From a virus: a stretch of DNA of 45,006 nt. Below the pieces are notes generated by a model. That model was not told the origin of the DNA. It saw nothing but the letters and a program-made list of their open reading frames with translations, and searched no databases. Of the stretch, positions 25,871 through 33,564 are shown in pieces. Numbering within the stretch: position 1 is the stretch's first letter; each line of letters starts with the position of its first letter. Where the stretch lies: UHGV virus genome UHGV-0250353; one strand, given 5' to 3'. A program made the translations under genes and the position numbers.

Positions 25871-26033
25871 GATTCGATGCCGTTCGGATAGAACGCAAAC
25901 TATGTAGCATTCTCCCGGCGGAAGCTGTGATAATCGTTACCCCATCTAAAATAACAACCTCGTACCTGTTTACCCGGAAATGCACTTTCTCCAGTTTATG
26001 ATGTTTCAGCTCTTCAAATAATTCTTCCATCAC
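25824..26033 (-). CDS. hypothetical protein (true start uncertain)
   Basis: ORF track 69 aa. Confidence 0.35.
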   Translation of the reverse strand: MMEELFEELKHHKLEKVHFRVNRYEVVILDGVTIITASAGRMLHSLRSIRTASNHDARADDSEGGCRVK

Positions 26034-26227
26034 TTCACCCCTTTGAATTTAAAATTGTTGCCGATGAGTTCTAAATACTCCGCGCTTACAGTTGCATGGC
26101 CGCCAGTAAATACATTGCGAAGTTTACAAATGGCAGCACTGCCTCTGTTGTTGGTGGAAAATACGGAGTACAAACATCCCGACTTTTTACTACGGACCAA
26201 CTGACCCTTCTTAAACATAACCCTCAC
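26030..26227 (-). CDS. hypothetical protein, first gene of leftward early operon
   Basis: ATG 26227 with GAGGGG RBS about 19 nt downstream of promoter 26253..26281. Confidence 0.5.
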   Translation of the reverse strand: MRVMFKKGQLVRSKKSGCLYSVFSTNNRGSAAICKLRNVFTGGHATVSAEYLELIGNNFKFKGVK

Positions 26228-26252
26228 CCCTCTGTCTCGTTTCGATAAGTGA

Positions 26253-26281
26253 ATAGTATCCTATTATGTTTGGGTGTGCAA
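26253..26281 (-). promoter_or_regulatory. sigma70-like promoter TTGCAC-N17-TACTAT with operator GAATAGtatcCTATTA (26251..26266)
   Basis: hexamers, spacing and palindrome read directly. Confidence 0.5.
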
Positions 26282-26323
26282 GAGAATAGTTACGTTGCCG
26301 TTGTGATTCTTTCGTTTCTTAAA

Positions 26324-26379
26324 AGAGTACGCAACGCAGGGGGTGGGCATTAGCCCACCCCAGCGGAGTGAAGTACTCT
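26324..26379. other. nested inverted repeat AGAGTAC...GGGTGGGC-atta-GCCCACCC...GTACTCT (structured element in control region)
   Basis: outer 7-bp and inner 8-bp complementary arms read directly; no adjacent U-run. Confidence 0.4.
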
Positions 26380-26453
26380 CTACCTTGCTCACGGCAACTA
26401 TAGAAACTTTTAATTATCAGTGACTTGGGTATTTAGGCGGGATTAACAATAGA

Positions 26454-26590
26454 CTATGGCCCTTCCGAATGCGGGCAGCGACACTACACTCAGTGCTAAC
26501 GCACCGCTCCGTTCTCCTGCCGCACCGCGGTCGCTTGTTCATACTTCACAAGCTCAGGTGGAGCTTAGCATATTTTTAGTGAAAAGTCAA
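26454..26590 (-). repeat. conserved noncoding element, copy B
   Basis: paralogue of 13936..14071; compensatory hairpin 26493..26504. Confidence 0.6.
26562..26590 (-). promoter_or_regulatory. candidate extended -10 promoter TTGACT-N17-TGcTAAGCT inside copy B
   Basis: same motif and position as in copy A. Confidence 0.4.
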
Positions 26591-26685
26591 TATCAGTAGC
26601 ATCTTTTGTATCTTAGTAACTTTGTTGTTGCTTTTTGCTTGAAGTACCATTATCTTAGGTACTTCAACAACTGAGGGGTATTTAG

Positions 26686-26829
26686 ATGAAGATTTGCCAG
26701 ATGTGTAGGAAAGAAAAAGAAGAAGGTGCATTCCTTAAACGTTATGACAGAAAAGGAACGCGTAGTTATTGCCGTGAATGTTTCAATGCATACCGCAAAC
26801 AATTAAGAGAGGCTAAGAAGAATGCATAA
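26686..26829 (+). CDS. small zinc-ribbon protein (47 aa, CxxC...CxxC)
   Basis: GAGGGG RBS then ATG 26686; hand translation MKICQMCRKEKEE...YCRECFNAY; first gene of rightward arm. Confidence 0.45.
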   Translation: MKICQMCRKEKEEGAFLKRYDRKGTRSYCRECFNAYRKQLREAKKNA

Positions 26830-27271
26830 ATACTTAGATGAGTTTCTGAAATCGTTAAACCTGATATTAGCCGAGAACCCGGGAGCGTCACTGCATGACA
26901 TTAAATCGGCAATAGAACTCGACGGGCCAATTAGTGCCGTGATTTCATTGCTTGGGTATTTCGGGGAGATAGACCGTGTTTATGATGGTAGTAAATATCT
27001 GTATTGGGTTAAAGGCGGTAAGCCATCCAATGTTATATCAGTTCCTTTTCCCGAGAAGGGCCAACTTACGGAGTTACAAAAACTAGTCTATGGAAAATGT
27101 CTTGAACAGCAAGGCCGACGCATCACCCCTAGTGCGGTATACGCCCTGGTAAAAGATGACGTCACCAATCTTGGTGCTGTCTGTACCGCTATGCGCGGAC
27201 TTTCTAAAAAAGGTTTGTTGATTAAGGTGTGTGATGGCGTGTATGCTCTTGCAGTACCAAACGCCAAATAA
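26822..27271 (+). CDS. hypothetical protein
   Basis: ORF track 149 aa. Confidence 0.55.
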   Translation: MHKYLDEFLKSLNLILAENPGASLHDIKSAIELDGPISAVISLLGYFGEIDRVYDGSKYLYWVKGGKPSNVISVPFPEKGQLTELQKLVYGKCLEQQGRRITPSAVYALVKDDVTNLGAVCTAMRGLSKKGLLIKVCDGVYALAVPNAK

Positions 27272-27329
27272 AAGAAAGCCCCGACGCGGTGAACGCCGAG
27301 GCCAAATTACTTGCTGAAGGAAATACAAC

Positions 27330-29597
27330 ATGTCCGATGTAATTTTATCCTACTCGTGGTCCCGTCGCAACGCGCGGGCAGAGAAAAAGGATATAAACGT
27401 CAGAACTACACACACGGCAACACTGGACGACCTGAAAGAGTTAATCCAGCCGCTCGATGCTGTTCGTGACGGAATTAACCCTAAGACAGCACCTGGCTAT
27501 ATTACTGCCGCGTGCGACTCAACGCACAGCACCGTAAAAGACCCGGAAACCGGTGACTTTAAGCAAGCGCGTAAGGGTTTTTTCTATCGTTGCGACGCAT
27601 CTGTAAGCAAATCGTCACTGGCGTATCTGGACTTCGACAGCGCAACACCGGAAGAGTATCAGGAAGCGGTGCGCCTGGTTAAGCGCAGCCGCCAGGCTAT
27701 GTGCCTCTACACCACGGCATCGCATACCGATGAGTCTCCTCGCTTTCGCGTCGTCATGCCGCTGGGACGCCCGGTCGAAGGTGGCGACATCATCCGCGTT
27801 CGTCATGGATTGCTCGGGCACTTCTTCAAAGGCATGGGTGCTGACCGCAGCGGGTTCACTCTGTCACAGCCGATGTACCTGCCGCCGGTTGGCGCTACCG
27901 TTATCTGGTCACGCCGCAATGACCTGATTGACCCGGACGAGTTACTGGAGGGTATCCCCGCCGTTGACGTCAGCAGCGCATCGGATTACCAGATTCCGGA
28001 AGAACTGCGCACCGCGTTTACTGATGCGTTCGAGGTACTGGCGTTTGAGTACGGCGGCATCATGACGCCACGCGGCCTTAAGATGCCAGCTACACCGGAA
28101 CACGCAGAAAACTACAGCGATCCAACACCGCGCCTGGACGACTTCCTATTGTGCTTTCCGCGCGAAGGGTACGAAGCGCCTAACGTAACCATGATTCACG
28201 ACACCGACATTACCGCAACCGAAGGCATGTCGCCGAAGGAGGTGTGGAAGTATGCGTGTGATGCGACCGGGTTGCCGTTCAGTGAAGTCGCTGAGGCAAT
28301 CGGCTGGGGTGCGCGTGAATCAGTTTCATGCAGCCTGGACGACCTGGAAGACGATGAGGACTCAGAGGAGGACGAGTTACCAGAACCGGTAAAGGCTGAT
28401 TTCGTCGTTGAAGGGTACATGCCGTCAGATTGTATCTGGGATATTGTCGGGGAATCTGGCACGTACAAATCATTCTATACGCTGGGTATGATGTATCTCA
28501 GCGCCGCTGGTTACCGGTTTGCGGGGGCGGATACCCAGCGTTGTCACCATTTCTATATCGATGGTGAGGGTGGTGCAGCCACACGTACACGTATCGATGC
28601 CCTCGCGGCTAAATATGGCGAGGAAGGTAAAGATTACGTACATGTCATCGATATGGGCGAAGTCGGCAAACTGAAAAGCCTGATTAAGTTAATGCGCGAA
28701 ACCGCTGGCGATGAGCCAATAGGCATGGTTGCATTCGACACCCTTAACCAGACGCTGGCCCTGACAATCGATAAGTTCGACGAGAACAGTTCATCGACGG
28801 CAATCGGCATGGGTAAAGTTATCGCCATCCTGAAAGAAGTACGCGACGCAACTAAAGCCGCAGTAGGCGTTGTTCACCATACGCCGAAAGGCGGGAAGAA
28901 AGCACGTGGTAGCGGGGCACTGTATGCGGGTGTTGACGTGGAACTGACAATTGAGCGTGCAACCGACCGTCAGATAAACGTATATCACTCGAAATTTAAG
29001 CACGGGCCTCAACAGAAGACTGTTGGCATGGTTCTGGAGTCCGTACAGTTCCGTGAAGCCCCGCCGCCGAAACAGTACCGCGCGGTTGAGTTCCTGGGTA
29101 GCACAGAGGAATACGGCACAATCGTTAACCTCGACCTGCCGGAGCCGCACAAGGCGCTTGTGTTGATGCCGTGGGGCTTTGAACCGTTCAAGACCGACGA
29201 GGAGAAAGAGCGGGAAGAAGGGCTGACAAAGGAAGGTAAAGAAAACGTACGTAAAACCGTAGAGAACGCCGTCAACAGCTCAGAAGCCACAATACTGGCA
29301 GCGTTTGAACTGGCGGAAGGAACCTACAACGGAAACGAAGGTATCACAGTAGCCGCAGCGAATAAGCTGGCACAGTCCGACCCCAACGCAAAGGCGTTTA
29401 ACTCCAAAGAAGCCATAGAACGCGGGAAGATTAAGAAAATGGTTGAGGCCGGGTATCTTGTACCGGGGACTGACGAAAACAATCAGATAATACCGGGCCG
29501 TTACAGACTTAACACCAGGATAACAGATAACAAGATTCCGAAGACAATATACGAACCGAATGAAATGCTGACAGTGACCGAGGAGGATTTGGAATAG
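27330..29597 (+). CDS. primase/helicase-like replication protein (N-terminal primase-like region + RecA-like ATPase)
   Basis: Walker A GESGTYKS, Walker B-like region and VVHHTPKGG motif typical of RepA/DnaB-type ATPases; GAAGGA RBS. Confidence 0.65.
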   Translation: MSDVILSYSWSRRNARAEKKDINVRTTHTATLDDLKELIQPLDAVRDGINPKTAPGYITAACDSTHSTVKDPETGDFKQARKGFFYRCDASVSKSSLAYLDFDSATPEEYQEAVRLVKRSRQAMCLYTTASHTDESPRFRVVMPLGRPVEGGDIIRVRHGLLGHFFKGMGADRSGFTLSQPMYLPPVGATVIWSRRNDLIDPDELLEGIPAVDVSSASDYQIPEELRTAFTDAFEVLAFEYGGIMTPRGLKMPATPEHAENYSDPTPRLDDFLLCFPREGYEAPNVTMIHDTDITATEGMSPKEVWKYACDATGLPFSEVAEAIGWGARESVSCSLDDLEDDEDSEEDELPEPVKADFVVEGYMPSDCIWDIVGESGTYKSFYTLGMMYLSAAGYRFAGADTQRCHHFYIDGEGGAATRTRIDALAAKYGEEGKDYVHVIDMGEVGKLKSLIKLMRETAGDEPIGMVAFDTLNQTLALTIDKFDENSSSTAIGMGKVIAILKEVRDATKAAVGVVHHTPKGGKKARGSGALYAGVDVELTIERATDRQINVYHSKFKHGPQQKTVGMVLESVQFREAPPPKQYRAVEFLGSTEEYGTIVNLDLPEPHKALVLMPWGFEPFKTDEEKEREEGLTKEGKENVRKTVENAVNSSEATILAAFELAEGTYNGNEGITVAAANKLAQSDPNAKAFNSKEAIERGKIKKMVEAGYLVPGTDENNQIIPGRYRLNTRITDNKIPKTIYEPNEMLTVTEEDLE

Positions 29598-29606
29598 GTA
29601 AAAAGA

Positions 29607-29625
29607 AAGGGGCGTTAAGCCCCTT
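29607..29625 (-). terminator. hairpin AAGGGGC-guuaa-GCCCCUU at 3' end of HTH gene
   Basis: 7-bp stem read directly; U-rich tract on minus RNA; between convergent genes. Confidence 0.45.
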
Positions 29626-29830
29626 CACCCAACGCCAGCCACTTGGCGTCTACTTGCAGCACTTCCGCCAGTTTAAACAGCGTTGCCGGGCGGACGTCCT
29701 GAGTTACCCCGAGTGCAAGCTGGTTAATCGCGCCCTGGGAAACGCCCGCAAGGACCGCCAGACGGCGCTGGGAGATACCGAGTTCTTTACGGCGTTGCTC
29801 TACACGGATGCCTAGTTCAGATGGTTGCAT
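29615..29830 (-). CDS. XRE-family HTH transcriptional regulator (Cro/CI-like, 71 aa)
   Basis: LGISQRRLAVLAGVSQGAINQLALG HTH; AAGGAG RBS; divergent from operator-bearing promoters. Confidence 0.7.
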   Translation of the reverse strand: MQPSELGIRVEQRRKELGISQRRLAVLAGVSQGAINQLALGVTQDVRPATLFKLAEVLQVDAKWLALGEGA

Positions 29831-29894
29831 GTCAATTACTCCTTAGTCAGTTGATATGTGAATAGTACCATATTAATTATTTTAGAAAAGCCCA

Positions 29895-29923
29895 TTGACA
29901 CGTGAATAGTTCGCTATTATAGT
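29895..29923 (+). promoter_or_regulatory. sigma70-like promoter TTGACA-N17-TATAGT with operator GAATAGttcgCTATTA (29904..29919); degenerate tandem copy at 29851..29879
   Basis: consensus -35, 17-nt spacer, good -10 read directly. Confidence 0.55.
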
Positions 29924-29955
29924 TAGCCTATACCAAACGAGAGGAGAGAAACAAA

Positions 29956-30105
29956 ATGATTAACAACCGCAAAGCAAAGGTTCTGTTGGGCCTTGATATC
30001 GCATTTGGAACTAAAGAAACCGCACGCTATCGCGTAAGCAACAATCGTGTTGGCTTCTTCGACAAAGCTACAGGCCAGTTAGTTAAAACCGTTAAATATA
30101 AATAA
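29956..30105 (+). CDS. small hypothetical protein (49 aa)
   Basis: GGAGAGAAACAAA-ATG initiation region nearly identical to that of next gene; hand translation. Confidence 0.4.
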   Translation: MINNRKAKVLLGLDIAFGTKETARYRVSNNRVGFFDKATGQLVKTVKYK

Positions 30106-30120
30106 ACAGGAGAGAAACAA

Positions 30121-30621
30121 ATGTTAGACCAATTCTTAAAATTACTGGAACGTTTCGTAGTTGCACATGAACTGATTGCTGCGAACAGCGCGAAAGAACC
30201 TGTGATTGGCTCCCCGGAACATTTTGCTGAGTTTTGTAAGTTGCAGGGTGTAAGTGTAAAAGAGGCTTTAACTAAACCTTCAAAAGAAATCCCGGTCGAA
30301 GGTGAAGACATCGTCGACACTAAACCGGCAGAAGAAGAGAAGCCAAAACGTAAGACGCGTAAAGCTAAAGTAGAGGAACCAACGCCAGAACCGGAAGAAG
30401 AGAAAGAAGAAGTCGATTACCAGTCTCTTCGTGACCAGATTCAGGCTATCGATGATGCAATTAACGAAGGTCCGAGTGATGCTGCGTGTGACGATTCTGA
30501 TGAACTGCTGGAAGAGTTCACCGGTAAGAAGATGAAGATTGCCGCGATTAAAGACGAAGACCTGGCCGAGTACCTGGAACGCCTCACGGCAATCAAGAAC
30601 AAGTATTTCGAAGAAGAATAA
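30121..30621 (+). CDS. hypothetical acidic protein
   Basis: ORF track 166 aa; Glu/Asp-rich C-terminal half. Confidence 0.55.
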   Translation: MLDQFLKLLERFVVAHELIAANSAKEPVIGSPEHFAEFCKLQGVSVKEALTKPSKEIPVEGEDIVDTKPAEEEKPKRKTRKAKVEEPTPEPEEEKEEVDYQSLRDQIQAIDDAINEGPSDAACDDSDELLEEFTGKKMKIAAIKDEDLAEYLERLTAIKNKYFEEE

Positions 30622-30676
30622 CTACTTAACTTATGGTGCCATCATACGTGAGGGCACCAAACTGAGGGTCGGAATT

Positions 30677-31165
30677 ATGGATTGGCATGAGATATTCGAC
30701 TATGACCGCGCCACAGGAAAATTGTATTGGAAAATACAGCCATCTCATGCGGTTAAGCCGGGTGAAGAGGCTGGAAGTGTGGGAACTGAGGGTTATGTAG
30801 ATGTTGGTTTTGCAGGCCGTTTATATAAGGCGCATCGCATTATATGGGATATGATGAACACTGACGATAAACTAACGCCGAACCACCAAATAGACCACAT
30901 AAACCATATCAGAACGGATAATAGGATAGAAAATTTAAGGAAGGTACACCACTGTGACAACGCCAAAAATCAAAGCATGCGCGTAGACAATACCTCAGGT
31001 GTCGCGGGAGTATACTTCGACCGAACTAATAGAAAATGGAGGGCCCGCATTAGGGCGAGTGGCACGACCATTTGTTTGGGGAGATACGATAGTTTAGAAG
31101 AAGCCGCATGCGCACGCCAGAAAGCAGAAGAGATTTACGGGTTTCACAAAAATCATGGGGGGTAA
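30677..31165 (+). CDS. HNH homing endonuclease with AP2-like domain
   Basis: QIDHINHIRTDNRIENLR HNH motif, paralogue of 6086..6556; ATG 30677 with GAGGG RBS preferred over ORF-track start. Confidence 0.75.
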   Translation: MDWHEIFDYDRATGKLYWKIQPSHAVKPGEEAGSVGTEGYVDVGFAGRLYKAHRIIWDMMNTDDKLTPNHQIDHINHIRTDNRIENLRKVHHCDNAKNQSMRVDNTSGVAGVYFDRTNRKWRARIRASGTTICLGRYDSLEEAACARQKAEEIYGFHKNHGG

Positions 31166-31168
31166 AAG

Positions 31169-32410
31169 ATGATTTTAAAAGAACGCGGCGGCAATAACGA
31201 CGTACATGCCTTACTGTCGCCGTCAGGGGCTAAAAAGTGGCTAAGTTGCGCTGCATCACTGGCATGTGAAAAAGATATTCCCAACACGTCTGGTAAAGCT
31301 GCCGTTACAGGGACCGCGTGTCACACCATAGCGGAGATGCACCTTAACCAGTACATCAAAGGCCCTGCGTTGCCGTTAGAGCGTGAAGTTGGTGCTTATG
31401 TTCTGGACGAGGGTAAGGGCCAGATTAAGGCGCTAATCAGCCCGATGAAAGGCGCGGTACTGATTACGGCGGACATGATTGAGCAGGTGCGCAAGTACAC
31501 CGACTACTGCAAAGCGATTATCGACGTTGCCACTTACGCCAAGCTGGAGATGCGCGTCAATCTTACTGAGGTATTGCATCCGGGATATGAAGGCGTTGAG
31601 ACGTTCGGAACCGCCGACCTTGTTGCCGTGCAGGAACTGGCAAACACTGACGAGCACATGTTAATTATCGGCGACCTGAAAACAGGACGGCATCGTGTCG
31701 AAGCGAAAGAAAACAAGCAGCTTATGCTTTACGCTCTAGGCGTTTATCGCCGACTCAAGAGACGCTATAACATCACAGTTGTGCGCCTGGTCATCTTCCA
31801 GCCGTACGCTGGCGGGGCGTCGGAGTGGGACATCTTGGTTGAAGGTCTGGAACTGTTCGCTAAGTTTGCACAGAAACGTGCGCTGTTAGCCCTTGATGCG
31901 TATTTCCGTGGCAAGAAGAATCTGAAAGCGTCGGACTTCAGGCCGTCGGTCGATGGTTGTCAGTGGTGCCGGTTCTCTGAACAATGCGCCGCTCGTACAA
32001 AGACGGTTAATTCTGTACTGGCGGAAGAACTGGAAGACGACTTTGCGCTGGAACTTACGCCGGAGCAACTCGTCGCCGAGTATGAGAAGTTGCCGCTGTT
32101 GCGCCAGCACATCGACAAGGTTGAGAAAGCGATGGTCGCCGCATTGCATTCTGGTAAGAAAGTTCCTGGGTACAAGCTGGTTGAAGGTAAGATGGGCAAT
32201 CGTGCGTGGAAAGACGCGGAGAAAGTAACAGAACTCTACGGCGACAAGCTGACTAAAGAAGTGCTCATGACGCCAACCGAAGCTGTTAAAGTGCTACCGG
32301 AAGAAGAACTGAAAGACTTCATCACACGTAAGCCCGGTGCCCCATGCGTCACAACGGCAGACGACAAACGTCCTGAGTGGAATCAGGTAACAGAGGAGGA
32401 TTTAGAATGA
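31169..32410 (+). CDS. PD-(D/E)XK nuclease, Cas4/RecB-like with Cys cluster
   Basis: SPSGAKKWLSC N-terminus, GTADLVAV...IIGDLKTG nuclease motifs, C-terminal CQWCRFSEQC. Confidence 0.65.
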   Translation: MILKERGGNNDVHALLSPSGAKKWLSCAASLACEKDIPNTSGKAAVTGTACHTIAEMHLNQYIKGPALPLEREVGAYVLDEGKGQIKALISPMKGAVLITADMIEQVRKYTDYCKAIIDVATYAKLEMRVNLTEVLHPGYEGVETFGTADLVAVQELANTDEHMLIIGDLKTGRHRVEAKENKQLMLYALGVYRRLKRRYNITVVRLVIFQPYAGGASEWDILVEGLELFAKFAQKRALLALDAYFRGKKNLKASDFRPSVDGCQWCRFSEQCAARTKTVNSVLAEELEDDFALELTPEQLVAEYEKLPLLRQHIDKVEKAMVAALHSGKKVPGYKLVEGKMGNRAWKDAEKVTELYGDKLTKEVLMTPTEAVKVLPEEELKDFITRKPGAPCVTTADDKRPEWNQVTEEDLE

Positions 32411-32643
32411 TTCGTAAAATGTTCGGAGTAATTGGCGGTTTTGTAGCGTTTTTAACCTATCACGCTCTAATACTGCCGCTGGTTATAATGCTTCTTCCGT
32501 TTTTCGTGTATACCGCCTTTAAGTGCAGGAAAATAGAACTAGAGGATTTGGTGTACGCCAAAGAAGTTGAGTGGGTGCGTAATTTGAAGTGGCCCAACGT
32601 ATACCTAACTATAGTTGAGAAAATAACTGGCTGGAAGGGTTGA
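32407..32643 (+). CDS. small membrane protein
   Basis: ATG 32407 overlapping upstream stop; hydrophobic helices. Confidence 0.45.
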   Translation: MIRKMFGVIGGFVAFLTYHALILPLVIMLLPFFVYTAFKCRKIELEDLVYAKEVEWVRNLKWPNVYLTIVEKITGWKG

Positions 32644-32668
32644 CACCTGAATAGCAAGCTATTATAGT
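32640..32668 (+). promoter_or_regulatory. sigma70-like promoter TTGACA-N17-TATAGT with operator GAATAGcaagCTATTA (32649..32664)
   Basis: read directly; -35 overlaps stop codon of upstream gene. Confidence 0.55.
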
Positions 32669-32722
32669 TCTAATCACTGGCCGGGCAGCTTCCCGGAGTA
32701 AACTGAAAAGCGAGAAATCAAG

Positions 32723-33349
32723 ATGGGCATTAAACTGAATCTGCGTAAAGTAAACACTGCATGGGTTAACGTATTCGAACGCGAAAAAGACCGTGAAAAC
32801 GATGATGGCTCAATCACTAAAGGCCAGTACAGCGCGACTATTATCCTGCCGTCTGACCATGCTCAAATCGACGCACTCTACGACACTGTTTACGCGGTAG
32901 TTGAGGAAGCGTTAGGTGCAGCGGCTGCCGAGAAGTGGATGAAGTCCAACTACGGCGAGGGTAAGCACATGGATAAATGCGCGATTAAAGACATTGCTGA
33001 GCGTGACAATCCGTTTGAAGACTTCCCGGAAGGCTTCTACTTCAAAGCGAAGGCACAGAAACAGCCGCTGATTGTGACCTCTAAAAAAGGTGAGACTCAG
33101 GTAGAGCAGGACTTCAACGTAGACGGCGAACAGATTGAAGGCGAACAGGTTTACAGCGGCTGCGTTGCTAACGTAAGCGTTGAAATCTGGTTCAGCCAGA
33201 AATATAAAGTCCTCGGCGTTAACCTGCTGGCAATTAAATACGTCGGTGAAGGTAAAGCGTTCGGTGGTTCTAAAGTCGCCGCGAGCGTCGATGACCTGGA
33301 AGACGACGATGAAGATGAAGCACCACGCCGCGAACGTCGTCGTCGCTAA
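32723..33349 (+). CDS. ssDNA-binding protein-like (DUF2815-type), acidic C-terminal tail
   Basis: N-terminus MGIKLNLRKVNTAWVNVFE pattern and DDLEDDDEDE tail; position before DNA polymerase. Confidence 0.55.
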   Translation: MGIKLNLRKVNTAWVNVFEREKDRENDDGSITKGQYSATIILPSDHAQIDALYDTVYAVVEEALGAAAAEKWMKSNYGEGKHMDKCAIKDIAERDNPFEDFPEGFYFKAKAQKQPLIVTSKKGETQVEQDFNVDGEQIEGEQVYSGCVANVSVEIWFSQKYKVLGVNLLAIKYVGEGKAFGGSKVAASVDDLEDDDEDEAPRRERRRR

Positions 33350-33368
33350 TATCTGAATCAATTTAACT

Positions 33369-33394
33369 AAGGCCCTTCATTGGGCCTTTTTATT
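33369..33394 (+). terminator. intrinsic terminator AAGGCCC-uucauu-GGGCCUU + UUUAUU
   Basis: stem and T-run read directly after 32723..33349. Confidence 0.55.
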
Positions 33395-33408
33395 AAGGGT
33401 ACAAAATA

Positions 33409-33564
33409 ATGTTTTTCTGTAAGCACGTTTATCGCTATATGAAACCACTTCCGTGGTATGCAGATGAGTACCGGGCCGGGTACAGACATGTGTGGATTTG
33501 CCGTGATTGTATGAAAATAAGATTAAGCGAAACGAAGGCACTGGATTTAAGGAAAAAGAAATGA
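33409..33564 (+). CDS. small Cys/His-rich protein (51 aa)
   Basis: AAGGG RBS, ATG 33409, stop overlaps polymerase ATG (ATGA); hand translation. Confidence 0.3.
   Translation: MFFCKHVYRYMKPLPWYADEYRAGYRHVWICRDCMKIRLSETKALDLRKKK

Noticed and set aside
30121-30621. Acidic 166-aa protein as an Ocr-like DNA mimic
   Set aside because: Acidic residues are mixed with many lysines and there is no other support; left as hypothetical.
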